From Chitinophagales bacterium (GTDB taxonomy: Bacteria; Bacteroidota; Bacteroidia; Chitinophagales; UBA10324): a stretch of 64,000 nt of DNA. Each line of letters begins with the position of its first letter. Within the stretch, counting starts at the first letter, position 1. Shown here one piece after another: positions 48,109 to 57,301 of the stretch. The stretch lies in contig JBDHXV010000004.1 in assembly GCA_039810885.1 (NCBI GenBank), positions 1,414 to 65,413 of the forward strand, read 5' to 3'. Below the pieces are notes generated by a model. It saw only the letters and a list, made by a program, of their open reading frames with translations, ran no database searches and was not told where the DNA came from. The translations under genes were made by a program, and so were the position numbers.

Positions 48109-49638
48109 TTACAACCTACGCCTGCTTCTGGTGGACACGCCTAAGGCGCCCAACAGCCCTCTAGTAAGTGCCCCGGCCACTGTTACGGCTATGCTGCGTG
48201 TAATGGGGCTTTTTAATACCTTTTCAAAGGTGCCGGATTCCTCTTTCCCGAGAGATTTTCCCGACTCGGCAGATAATGATTTAGACTCTGTGTTTAACTT
48301 TTGTTGCAGTATCTCGAATGCACTCTCTCTATCTATGGATTGATTATAGTGCGAAGCAATAGTTGAGTGCTGGATAATGTTCTTTAATTCATCTTCTGTA
48401 AGTACATCCATTCGAGATGCCGGTGGGGCCATTAAAGTAGCAGTCAACATGGTAGGGGCTCCTTTTTCATTTAGAGCTGTTATTAATGCTTCGCCAATGC
48501 CGAGCGATAGAAGTAATTCATCCGTTTTGTAGTAGGAAGTAAGCGGAAAATTCTCTGCTGCGGTTTTAATTGCCTTTCGATCTAATGCTGTAAAAGCTCG
48601 TAGTGCATGTTGAACTTTTAATCCCAATTGGCTCAGAATAGTTGAAGGGATATCCGATGGCAGTTGTGTAATAAAGAAGATTCCTACTCCTTTAGAGCGA
48701 ATCAGTTTTATCGTTGTTTCCAGTTGGTCAAGAAGTTGCTTCGAGGCTTCATCAAAAATCAGATGAGCTTCATCAATAAAGATGCACAGCTTGGGCTTTT
48801 CCGGATCTCCTATTTCTGGGAGTTTGCTATATGTTTCTGCCAATAAAGAGAGCATAAAGGTTGAGAAAAGCTTAGGTTTATCTTGAATATCGGTGAGGCG
48901 CAATATAGATATGATGCCTCTTCCATTAATATCTGAACGAATTAAATCTTCAATTTCAAATGACGGCTCACCAAAAAACAATTCGGCACCTTGCTGTTCT
49001 AACTCAATCACCTTGCGCAGAATAGTGGAAACACTGCTTGATGAAATAGCCCCGTATTCTTTTTCAACTTCAGCTTTGCCTTCATTATTAAGATAGTTCA
49101 ACATCGTTTTAAAATCCTTTAAGTCAAGAAGCGGCAGTGCGCGGTCATCAGCGTATTTAAACATTAAGGCAATGAGGCCTTGTTGCGTGTCATTTAAGCC
49201 TAATACCTTTGACATCAGAATGGGTCCAAATTCAGAAACGGTTGCACGCAAGCGTGTTCCGGGCTGCTTGGATAAGGATAGAAACTCAACGCTGTTATCT
49301 GCAGGTTGATAGTCTAACCCGATTTTCTCTGCACGTTCAAGAATCTTGCTGTTTGGTATTGCTGCTTTAGCAATGCCGCTTAAATCGCCTTTCACATCCA
49401 TCAATAGCACGGGCACTCCCTTTTTTGAAAGAGCTTCGGCTATTAATTGCAATGACTTGGTTTTGCCTGTACCGGTTGCCCCTGCAATTAATCCATGTCG
49501 GTTAAACGTTCTTAAAGGAAGATGTACGATGTTTCCTTGCAGGCACTCTCCATCAAACATAGCCGCTCCCACCTCAATTGTAGCTCCTTGAAAGGAATAT
49601 TCTTTTTGAAATTGCTCTATAAATTTTTCTTTAGACAT
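48109..49638 (-). CDS. HerA-like P-loop ATPase, DUF853/YjgR family
   Basis: Walker A GATGTGKTKS, Walker B LCIFIDEAHLIF, and a basic Gly-rich tail ...TRGLLGALGVSTRSRRRL as in E. coli YjgR. Confidence 0.8.
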   Translation of the reverse strand: MSKEKFIEQFQKEYSFQGATIEVGAAMFDGECLQGNIVHLPLRTFNRHGLIAGATGTGKTKSLQLIAEALSKKGVPVLLMDVKGDLSGIAKAAIPNSKILERAEKIGLDYQPADNSVEFLSLSKQPGTRLRATVSEFGPILMSKVLGLNDTQQGLIALMFKYADDRALPLLDLKDFKTMLNYLNNEGKAEVEKEYGAISSSSVSTILRKVIELEQQGAELFFGEPSFEIEDLIRSDINGRGIISILRLTDIQDKPKLFSTFMLSLLAETYSKLPEIGDPEKPKLCIFIDEAHLIFDEASKQLLDQLETTIKLIRSKGVGIFFITQLPSDIPSTILSQLGLKVQHALRAFTALDRKAIKTAAENFPLTSYYKTDELLLSLGIGEALITALNEKGAPTMLTATLMAPPASRMDVLTEDELKNIIQHSTIASHYNQSIDRESAFEILQQKLNTESKSLSAESGKSLGKEESGTFEKVLKSPITRSIAVTVAGALTRGLLGALGVSTRSRRRL

Positions 49639-49690
49639 AAAGTATCTATGAATTTATTATATGCAAATATCCAGAATAAATAAAGTGTCT

Positions 49691-49698
49691 TACTTTTG
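49691..49698 (+). promoter_or_regulatory. candidate -7 box TACTTTTG, 19 nt upstream of ATG 49718
   Basis: Read directly. Confidence 0.5.
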
Positions 49699-49717
49699 AA
49701 AGATTAATGACTAAACT

Positions 49718-50221
49718 ATGAAAAAACTTCTCCTCCCCCTCTTTAGTTTATGTATATACTATATACAAGCACAAAGTTTATCGCCGGTTGTAATAGCCTC
49801 TTCGGGTAATTTTAAAACAACAGGCGGATACTCTCTATCCTCAACTGTTGGCGAACCGATTACTACAACTGTAACTGCGGGTAGTTACATTCTTACTCAA
49901 GGGTTCCAGCAACAAAAGCTAAAAGGAGTTAGTGTGCAAAGTATAGAAAAAGGAGATATGGACATCAAAGTATATCCGAACCCTGCTGTAGATGAAGTTA
50001 CTGTACTCATTTTTGCCCCTAATGCTTCTTCAACACAAGTAAAACTTTTTGATTTGCTTGGTCGTGAATTAACGGTGCCAATGAGTATCTTAAACGAAGG
50101 CACACAAAAACAATTTAGCTTAAATCTCAATCAACTTAGTGCCTCTATGTATTTCATTACGGTATATGACACACAAAGCCGCATTACGCAATCAATAAAA
50201 ATTCAAAAGATTATTTTTTAA
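49718..50221 (+). CDS. small secreted protein with a T9SS type A C-terminal sorting domain
   Basis: Signal peptide ...IQAQ. A roughly 45-aa N-terminal module ends in ILTQGFQQ. The C-terminus has VYPNPAVDEVTV...VKLFDLLGREL...YFITVYD...IKIQK (Por_Secre_tail-like). Confidence 0.7.
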   Translation: MKKLLLPLFSLCIYYIQAQSLSPVVIASSGNFKTTGGYSLSSTVGEPITTTVTAGSYILTQGFQQQKLKGVSVQSIEKGDMDIKVYPNPAVDEVTVLIFAPNASSTQVKLFDLLGRELTVPMSILNEGTQKQFSLNLNQLSASMYFITVYDTQSRITQSIKIQKIIF

Positions 50222-50243
50222 AAAAGTCCTAACCTAAAAAAGC

Positions 50244-52751
50244 ATGAAACATTTCTTACTCTTAATTTCCATCGCAGCTCTCTCCACGCAGTTATTTGCA
50301 CAAGCTCCACCACGAATCAACTACCAAGCTGTAGCACGCAATGCTTCCGGAGCAGAATTAGCCAATCAAACAATTAGCCTACGTATTACGTTCAAAGACC
50401 TTACCGCTAACGGAACACCTATTTATATGGAAACACATAGCGGCATTACTACCAACCAATTCGGATTGTTTACCGTTTCGATTGGCGGCGGTACTCCGGT
50501 AAGTGGTACTTTCAATGCTATTAATTGGGCTAACGGTGCTAAGTTTTTAAAAATAGAAATGGATCCGAATAATGGCACTTCATACCTAGATATGGGAACC
50601 ACACAGTTGCTCAGCGTACCCTATGCCTTATATGCAGCACAATCCGGATCTGGAAGTGGCGCTCAGTCTCTAAACGATCTGAGTGATGTGAATACTGCCG
50701 GAGTAACCGTTAATCAGGTGTTGCAATGGAACGGAACAAGTTGGGTACCGGCCACAGTAAGTGGAACCGACAGTCAGATACTTTCCATTTCGGGTAACAC
50801 CCTTAGTATAAGTAATGGCAACTCGGTAATATTGCCTACGGGATCGGGCGCAGATAATTGGGGAACACAAACCGTTGTAAGTAACCAAACTCTGACGGGC
50901 AATGGAACTAGCGGGTCTCCTTTAGCCATAGCACAACAAGGGGCATCTTCAGGTCAAGCCCTTAAATGGAATGGAACAAACTGGGCTCCTGCAAATGATG
51001 TTAATACCGACAATCAAACATTGACCCTTACAGGCAATACGTTGTCCATTAGCGGCGGTAATTCGGTTACCCTGCCAACAGGATCCGACAACCAAACTTT
51101 ATCTCTAAGCGGTAGCACATTAAGCATTAGCAATGGCAACTCGGTAACGCTTCCTACAGGAACCACTTATACCGCAGGTACCGGCATCAGTATTTCAGGT
51201 AACGTTATCTCTAATACCGGCGATAACGACAACAACCCTACGAATGAATTACAGACTTTAAGTGTAAGTGGCAACTCGCTTTCTATCAGCAACGGAAATT
51301 CTGTGACCTTACCTACCGGCACAACATACACCGCAGGAACGGGAATCAGCATTTCAGGTAACGTTATTTCCAATACCGGCGATAACGACAACAACCCTAC
51401 GAACGAAATTCAAACAATATCTATAAGCGGGAATACCGTTTCACTCAGCTTAGGCGGAGGAAGTATTACTCTTCCAGGTGGTGGTGGATTAAGCGGCAAC
51501 GGCACCAATAATTACGTGGCACGCTTTACACCCAATGGTACTACTTTAGGCAATTCTATTATTCAAGATAACGGAACTACCATTGGTGTAAACAATGCTC
51601 CCGTAGGAACAGATCGTATGATCTTAAACTCCGGCACTATTAGTGGTTTAAAAATAATATCTACGAATACTACTTCCGGCCTATACGCATTAAATGCAAG
51701 CATTACCAATGGTGCAGATGCGATGAATGCATACATCGGATATGTTGGCAGCGTTGGCTTTGGTGCTTTAACTGCAACCAACCCAATTATTTACGGAACT
51801 TCTTCCACCGGCGTGGCTCCCTCAATTTTGGGTATTAACTCCGGTACAAATACAAGTGCATCCAATATCGGGCTATCCAGTAACTGGCATGGAGGGTTCT
51901 TTTCTACGACAGATAGCGACGCAAGTGGCGTTGTAGGCTCCGGTGGCTATGGTCTTTACCAAGGCTCATCTGCAAACGGCGCAGGTATTACAGGCACCTA
52001 TAATGGCACTGTAGATATGGGTGCGGGTGTTCTTGGATTTAATAATCGTTTGACTGGCACATTAAATATTGGTGTAGAGGGACAGTATAACACAGCCGCC
52101 TTCGGTATAGGTGTGTCAGGGATCGGATGGAATGGTTCGTATCCTGTTGGCAACAATGATATCGGGGTGTGGGGCTCTGCCGGTAATAATATGAATTATG
52201 CAATATATGGCAGTGGTAACTTTGCTATTGTTAATGGTACGAAGTCTGCATCTGTAGGTACCACAAAAGGGAATCAGCTATTATACTGCATTGAAAGCCC
52301 AGAAGTATGGTTTGAAGATTTCGGAACGGGCAAATTGGTCAATGGTGAGATAGAAATAAAACTAGATGAACTTTTCCTCGAAACTGTAGTCATAGATGAT
52401 GAACACCCGATGATTGTTACTCTTACTCCAATGGGAAATTGCAATGGCTTATATGTAGAACCCGGAACTACTTCATTTAAAGTTAAAGAATTAATGAATG
52501 GCTCATCAAACGTATCTTTCAGTTATCGTATCACCTGTAAACGTTTGAACTTCCAAGATCATCGCTTTGGTGCAGATCTAACATGGGGAGATGGCGACAC
52601 CCGTGGAAACTATCACTACATTACTCCTACACCAATAAACTATCAGGAAGCCAAGAATTTACAAATGCTGAAGAAGCAGCAAGAAACAAAAATCAGCCCT
52701 AAACTTCAATCTTTGATGCAGTCCTCCAGTATGACAAAACCCACTCGATAA
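50244..52751 (+). CDS. large secreted fibre-like repeat protein (tail-fibre-like repeats, Gly-rich beta-helix-like region); no recognisable T9SS CTD
   Basis: Signal peptide ...LFAQ. N-terminal module INYQAVARN...SVPYALYA. At least 6 copies of LS(I/L)SGNTLSISNGNSVTLPTG-type repeats. G/N/S/T-rich middle region and a distinct C-terminal domain (ESPEVWFEDFGTGKL...). Confidence 0.7.
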   Translation: MKHFLLLISIAALSTQLFAQAPPRINYQAVARNASGAELANQTISLRITFKDLTANGTPIYMETHSGITTNQFGLFTVSIGGGTPVSGTFNAINWANGAKFLKIEMDPNNGTSYLDMGTTQLLSVPYALYAAQSGSGSGAQSLNDLSDVNTAGVTVNQVLQWNGTSWVPATVSGTDSQILSISGNTLSISNGNSVILPTGSGADNWGTQTVVSNQTLTGNGTSGSPLAIAQQGASSGQALKWNGTNWAPANDVNTDNQTLTLTGNTLSISGGNSVTLPTGSDNQTLSLSGSTLSISNGNSVTLPTGTTYTAGTGISISGNVISNTGDNDNNPTNELQTLSVSGNSLSISNGNSVTLPTGTTYTAGTGISISGNVISNTGDNDNNPTNEIQTISISGNTVSLSLGGGSITLPGGGGLSGNGTNNYVARFTPNGTTLGNSIIQDNGTTIGVNNAPVGTDRMILNSGTISGLKIISTNTTSGLYALNASITNGADAMNAYIGYVGSVGFGALTATNPIIYGTSSTGVAPSILGINSGTNTSASNIGLSSNWHGGFFSTTDSDASGVVGSGGYGLYQGSSANGAGITGTYNGTVDMGAGVLGFNNRLTGTLNIGVEGQYNTAAFGIGVSGIGWNGSYPVGNNDIGVWGSAGNNMNYAIYGSGNFAIVNGTKSASVGTTKGNQLLYCIESPEVWFEDFGTGKLVNGEIEIKLDELFLETVVIDDEHPMIVTLTPMGNCNGLYVEPGTTSFKVKELMNGSSNVSFSYRITCKRLNFQDHRFGADLTWGDGDTRGNYHYITPTPINYQEAKNLQMLKKQQETKISPKLQSLMQSSSMTKPTR
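51120..51437 (+). repeat. two tandem 159-nt (53-aa) coding repeats inside the fibre-like gene
   Basis: Unit A is 51120-51278 and unit B is 51279-51437. The period of 159 was verified from ACCGCAGG at 51171 and 51330. Both encode LSISNGNSVTLPTGTTYTAGTGISISGNVISNTGDNDNNPTNE. Confidence 0.9.
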
Positions 52752-52771
52752 CTAATTTATCTTCTATAAGA

Positions 52772-52800
52772 AGAGCCGCTCTCGGGAGTGGCTCTTTTGT
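52772..52800 (+). terminator. intrinsic terminator of the fibre-like gene
   Basis: 10-bp stem AGAGCCGCTC/GAGTGGCTCT (one G-U pair) with a 4-nt loop, followed by TTTTGTTTT. Confidence 0.75.
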
Positions 52801-52897
52801 TTTATCAGTCATCATAAAAAATAAATGTGGACAATGACTCCAGTTTTACTCTATAGAACCGATAGCCTGTCTTAATTTTCGCTCGGCAGAATCTCTC

Positions 52898-53803
52898 ATG
52901 TCCGTAATCGTATCACATCTTACTAAAATCTATGATGAACAAAAAGCAGTTGATCATATCAGTTTTGAAGTAAAACCAGGCGAGGTACTTGGTTTTCTTG
53001 GTCCTAATGGTGCAGGAAAATCTACAACGATGAAAATGATTACTTGCTTCATTCCACAAACATCAGGTCATATTAAGGTGTGCGGTGCGGACACTATCAC
53101 TCAATCCGATGAGGTAAAAAAGAAGATTGGCTACCTTCCTGAAAGCAATCCTTTATATTATGACATGTATGTTCGCGAGTACCTTGCTTTTATTGCTAAC
53201 CTGCATCCACATATTAATAACAAGAAACAACGTATTGCCGAGATGATTGCAGCTACCGGACTGGAGCGAGAGAAAACGAAAAAAATAGGTGCCCTCAGCA
53301 AAGGATATAAGCAGCGTGTAGGTCTTGCACAGGCTATGTTACACGACCCCGAAGTGCTCCTATTTGACGAGCCTACCTCCGGGCTGGATCCTAATCAAAT
53401 CGTAGAAATAAGACAGCTAATAAAAAACCTCAGCAAAGAAAAGACGATCATACTTTCGACACACATTATGCAAGAAGTTAAAGCATTGTGTAATCGTGTA
53501 ATAATAATTAATAAAGGTAAATTGGTTGCCGATGACGATATCCAATCGTTGCAACAAAGGAGCAAACAACAGCACGTTACGCATGTTACATTCAAAGAAC
53601 ACATCGAAAGTGATGCATTGTTACAAATTAAAAATGTAGAACGTGTCGAAAGTTCCAATAAGTTGGAATGGCGTATATACAGCAGCCTCTCTATACAAGA
53701 GGCCGTGTTTCGTTTTGCCGTTGAGAAAAACAAGACTATTATTTCATTACATCAGGAATCACTCGACCTCGAAGAAGTATTCCGTAATCTCACTCAGCCC
53801 TGA
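52898..53803 (+). CDS. gldA: gliding-motility ABC transporter ATP-binding protein
   Basis: GPNGAGKSTTMKM, LSKGYKQRVGLA and LLFDEPTSGLD motifs, followed by gldF-like and gldG-like genes. Confidence 0.8.
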   Translation: MSVIVSHLTKIYDEQKAVDHISFEVKPGEVLGFLGPNGAGKSTTMKMITCFIPQTSGHIKVCGADTITQSDEVKKKIGYLPESNPLYYDMYVREYLAFIANLHPHINNKKQRIAEMIAATGLEREKTKKIGALSKGYKQRVGLAQAMLHDPEVLLFDEPTSGLDPNQIVEIRQLIKNLSKEKTIILSTHIMQEVKALCNRVIIINKGKLVADDDIQSLQQRSKQQHVTHVTFKEHIESDALLQIKNVERVESSNKLEWRIYSSLSIQEAVFRFAVEKNKTIISLHQESLDLEEVFRNLTQP

Positions 53804-54537
53804 TGTTTGCAATATATAAGAAAGAAATCGCCGGCTTCTTTAGCTCACTTACTGCATATATTGTAATGATTAGTTTTTTGTTAATTCTCGGTTTATTTCT
53901 ATGGGTATTCCCTGATACAAATATTCTCGACTTTGGATTTGCCAACTTGGATTCGTTATTCTTTTATGCGCCCTGGGTTTTTATCTTTCTGATTCCCGCA
54001 GTGACCATGCGCATGTTTTCTGAAGAATTGCGAACAGGTACTATAGAACTGTTGCTTACACGTCCTATACGTGAAATGCACTTGGTGCTCGGAAAATATT
54101 TTGCGGCAGTTTCTCTAGTGCTTTTCACATTAATACCAACCGTAATTTATTACATCACTATTTATGATCTGGGTGCGCCAAAAGGAAATATTGATAGCGG
54201 TGCCACCCTGGGATCGTTTATCGGATTATTTTTTCTGGGTGCTGCATTTTGTTCTGTTGGGGTTTTTGCTTCGTCACTTACAACGAACCAGATAGCAGCA
54301 TTTATTCTTGCACTTTTTTTATGTTTTATCACCTATAACGGTTTTGACTCTTTAAGTCGCTTACCTCTCATCGAGGGGCGTTTTGATTTATTCATTCAAA
54401 ACATCGGAATCAATCAGCACTATCAAAATATTAGTAAAGGAGTTATTGACCTGCGTGATATTTTGTACTTTATTTCTTTTTCTGCTCTGTTCAATCTGAG
54501 CACTAAATTCATCTTGGAAAGTAGAAAATGGAAATAG
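53803..54537 (+). CDS. gldF: gliding-motility ABC transporter permease
   Basis: ABC-2 type 6-TM permease. ATGA-type overlap with gldA. Confidence 0.75.
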   Translation: MFAIYKKEIAGFFSSLTAYIVMISFLLILGLFLWVFPDTNILDFGFANLDSLFFYAPWVFIFLIPAVTMRMFSEELRTGTIELLLTRPIREMHLVLGKYFAAVSLVLFTLIPTVIYYITIYDLGAPKGNIDSGATLGSFIGLFFLGAAFCSVGVFASSLTTNQIAAFILALFLCFITYNGFDSLSRLPLIEGRFDLFIQNIGINQHYQNISKGVIDLRDILYFISFSALFNLSTKFILESRKWK

Positions 54538-56255
54538 AAAAAACAGGTTCAAAAAAGAAAATGCGCGGTCGAAAGCAGCAGGCTTATTATCGATTCTTTA
54601 TTACTGTCATCATTATAGTGCTGTTAAATATACTTGCGGGGAGTACTGTTCAACGCATAGACCTCACGGCGGATAAACGGTTTACTCTTAATGACAGCAC
54701 GCGGGCTATGTTAAAAGGTTTAAAAGATCGCGTATTTGTAAAAGTATATCTGACGGGTGATTTGCCGGCCGGATTTAAACGGCTGGAAAACTCTACACGA
54801 GATTTATTAAACGAATTCAGAAGCATTGCAGGCAACAATGTACAATATGAATTTGAAGACCCTCTGTTGAATAAATCGCCGGATGAAAAAAAGAAAATTT
54901 ATGAAGAGATGGCTGCAGAGGGCCTGCAACCAACGAATATTCAAACAGCAAAATCTGATGCCTACTCAGAAAAAATAATATTACCCGGAGCGACAATTTT
55001 TTATCGTGGCAAAGAGACCACCATTAATCTCTTAATGAATGATAACGGGATAACGGCACAACGTGCATTGAATAATTCGGTTTCTAAGTTGGAAAACAAG
55101 TTTGCTTCTGCCATTAAAAAGCTGGACATGGATGAAGCCGTTCGAATTGCCATCTTACGCGGACAGAATGAAGTGCCGTTATACAAACTCTATGACTTGC
55201 TCACTTCTTTGAACGAGTTCTATCAGATTGATACACTCAATATCCATCTTACCACACACATTCCCAAACAGTATAAAACACTAATTGTAGCTCAACCCAC
55301 TTCTTCATTTGATGAACAAACCAAATTTAAGATCGATCAATATATTATGAATGGGGGCACGGTGTTATGGCTCCTTGATAATATGAAAGCGAGTACAGAC
55401 AGCGTGCAGAACAAATCCTCGTTTCTTGCATTGGACATGGGGCTTAATCTGGATGACCAATTGTTTACTTACGGTGTACGTGTAAACCCTGCATTGTTAA
55501 TGGATTTGCAGTGTAATCCTGTGCCTCTGTTAGTAAATTACATTAATAACCAACCGGAGTTTCGGTTATTTCCGTGTTATTACTTCCCCATACTTACTCC
55601 CTATAATAGCCATATTATTAATAAAGAAATTGATGCCGTATATACAGAATTTACAAGCCCTATTGATACCGCATTAAATACGGATATAAAGAAAACAGTC
55701 TTGCTTTGCTCTTCGCGTCGCTGTAAAATAGCCTATACTCCGTGGCAAATTGATTTCAGATTATTAAAAAATAAACCGGATGAAGCCACCTTTAATAAAA
55801 GTTTTTTACCTGTTGCCGTATTGCTGGAAGGCTCTTTCACGTCTGTATTTAATAACCGTGTGCAACCTGAATTTGAGCAAATCTTACGTGATTCACTTAA
55901 ACAGACCTTTTTGCCAAAAGGCAGCAATACGAAGATAATTGTTATAGGTGATGCCAACCTTGCAATGAATGAATTTAATGCTCAGGGGCGACCATTTAGC
56001 TTAGGTTATTTTAAATACACTCAAGAGTTCTTTGCCAATAAAAACTTTTTGTTGAATTGCATAGATTATCTAACAGGACGCCAAGATCGTATATTAACAC
56101 GCGCAAAAGACGTAAAACTACGTTTACTTGATACCGAAAAGGTAAAGGCTCAGAAGTTCCGTTGGCAACTCATTAATATAGCGGCACCCATTGCACTGAT
56201 AATCCTTTTCGGAATTATTTACACCTTTGTTCGGTTGCGTCGTTTTGCCGTCTAA
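54528..56255 (+). CDS. gldG: gliding-associated ABC transporter accessory protein GldG
   Basis: 575 aa with N- and C-terminal TM anchors flanking a large periplasmic domain, in the canonical position after gldF. Confidence 0.75.
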   Translation: MEIEKTGSKKKMRGRKQQAYYRFFITVIIIVLLNILAGSTVQRIDLTADKRFTLNDSTRAMLKGLKDRVFVKVYLTGDLPAGFKRLENSTRDLLNEFRSIAGNNVQYEFEDPLLNKSPDEKKKIYEEMAAEGLQPTNIQTAKSDAYSEKIILPGATIFYRGKETTINLLMNDNGITAQRALNNSVSKLENKFASAIKKLDMDEAVRIAILRGQNEVPLYKLYDLLTSLNEFYQIDTLNIHLTTHIPKQYKTLIVAQPTSSFDEQTKFKIDQYIMNGGTVLWLLDNMKASTDSVQNKSSFLALDMGLNLDDQLFTYGVRVNPALLMDLQCNPVPLLVNYINNQPEFRLFPCYYFPILTPYNSHIINKEIDAVYTEFTSPIDTALNTDIKKTVLLCSSRRCKIAYTPWQIDFRLLKNKPDEATFNKSFLPVAVLLEGSFTSVFNNRVQPEFEQILRDSLKQTFLPKGSNTKIIVIGDANLAMNEFNAQGRPFSLGYFKYTQEFFANKNFLLNCIDYLTGRQDRILTRAKDVKLRLLDTEKVKAQKFRWQLINIAAPIALIILFGIIYTFVRLRRFAV

Positions 56256-56273
56256 CTATACCAAATAAGTTCA

Positions 56274-57290
56274 ATGAAGAAGAACATACTATACCTTTCT
56301 ATATTACTTTCTATTTCAGTCTTAGTTTATTTTGTAATCTTCAAAAACCCTAATTCTACATTTGGAGTTAATGATAACGAATTTGCTTATGAGGATACGG
56401 CGGCTATTCATAAAATTTTTATCAGCGATGTAAATGGTACACATCTCACTTACATCCGAAATGCAAGTAACTGGACTATGCAAGAAAATGGGCTCCCTGT
56501 AAGAAGAGATGTTATTGATATTATGCTGCGCACGATTAAGAACTTTTCAGTACGTTATCCGGTCGCACAGTCTGCTTTAGAGAGTTCTATTAAAGATATA
56601 GCGTCAAATAATAAAAAGGTGGAGTTATATAATGAAGCCGGAAAAAAGGTGCGAAGTTTTTTTATCGGTCCGCCTTCTCCTGATGGGAAAGGGAACTACA
56701 TGTTGGTAGAAAAGGCTCAGAAGCCGTATGTTGTATGGAACACAGGCTTTGTAGGCTCTCTTGAAACCCGATTTAGTGCAGATATCAATGAGGTGCGCAG
56801 TCGCTTAATGTTGGCAATACCGTTCCCATCATTGGCCGAAATAAGAGTGCAGTATAGCGATCCTACCGCAGCATCTTTCAGCATTAATGTGCAAAAGCCC
56901 GACTCCTTCCTCATAACAAACCTAAATACACACCAAACGTTACCCGTCAGACTTATTAATAAAGAGAAAGTGTTTGAATATATCGACTTTCTAAAAGCTG
57001 TGTATTGTGAAGCGATTATCTTTAATGAAGATGAAAAATTAAAAGCAGTTTCCACAACACCATTTTGTGTGATCAGCATAAGGCTTAGAAACGGTGGCGA
57101 GCAGCAGATGAAATGTTATTTTAAAGAAATAACAAAACGGTCTAAATCGCAAAGTGATGCTCATGGAACTCCTCGTCCTTATGACTTAGACCGATTCTAT
57201 GGCACACTGAATGGCAGCAATGAAGTTTATCTGCTTCAAGATTATCATTTCGGAAAACTCTTGCAAACGTTTGATTATTTTAAAAAGTAA
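56274..57290 (+). CDS. DUF4340-like protein
   Basis: N-terminal anchor, 338 aa. This is the usual partner downstream of gldG-type genes. Family call from memory. Confidence 0.55.
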   Translation: MKKNILYLSILLSISVLVYFVIFKNPNSTFGVNDNEFAYEDTAAIHKIFISDVNGTHLTYIRNASNWTMQENGLPVRRDVIDIMLRTIKNFSVRYPVAQSALESSIKDIASNNKKVELYNEAGKKVRSFFIGPPSPDGKGNYMLVEKAQKPYVVWNTGFVGSLETRFSADINEVRSRLMLAIPFPSLAEIRVQYSDPTAASFSINVQKPDSFLITNLNTHQTLPVRLINKEKVFEYIDFLKAVYCEAIIFNEDEKLKAVSTTPFCVISIRLRNGGEQQMKCYFKEITKRSKSQSDAHGTPRPYDLDRFYGTLNGSNEVYLLQDYHFGKLLQTFDYFKK

Positions 57291-57301
57291 CCCTTACCGA
57301 G

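Noticed and set aside
45842-49638. Genomic island integrated at the tRNA-Gly/tRNA-Leu pair
   Set aside because: There is no integrase, no transposase and no direct repeat of the tRNA-Leu 3' end that I could find downstream. The following genes (lipoprotein, ClsB-like, YjgR-like) look chromosomal.
46945-49638. PLD plus HerA-like ATPase as an anti-phage nuclease/ATPase defence system
   Set aside because: The PLD protein has two HKD motifs and a ClsB-like N-terminal region, as in lipid synthases. The ATPase matches the housekeeping YjgR/DUF853 type, including its basic tail. No other defence or mobile genes are nearby. It is kept only as a low-key association finding.
50770-51480. CRISPR-like or satellite repeat array
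   Set aside because: The repeats are in-frame coding repeats of the fibre-like protein with a 159-nt period and no spacers. They are not a CRISPR array.
53395-57079. Antisense ORFs 53395-53733, 53417-53602 and 56717-57079
   Set aside because: They lie inside gldA and the DUF4340-like gene. Their products are Cys/Leu-rich shadow translations.
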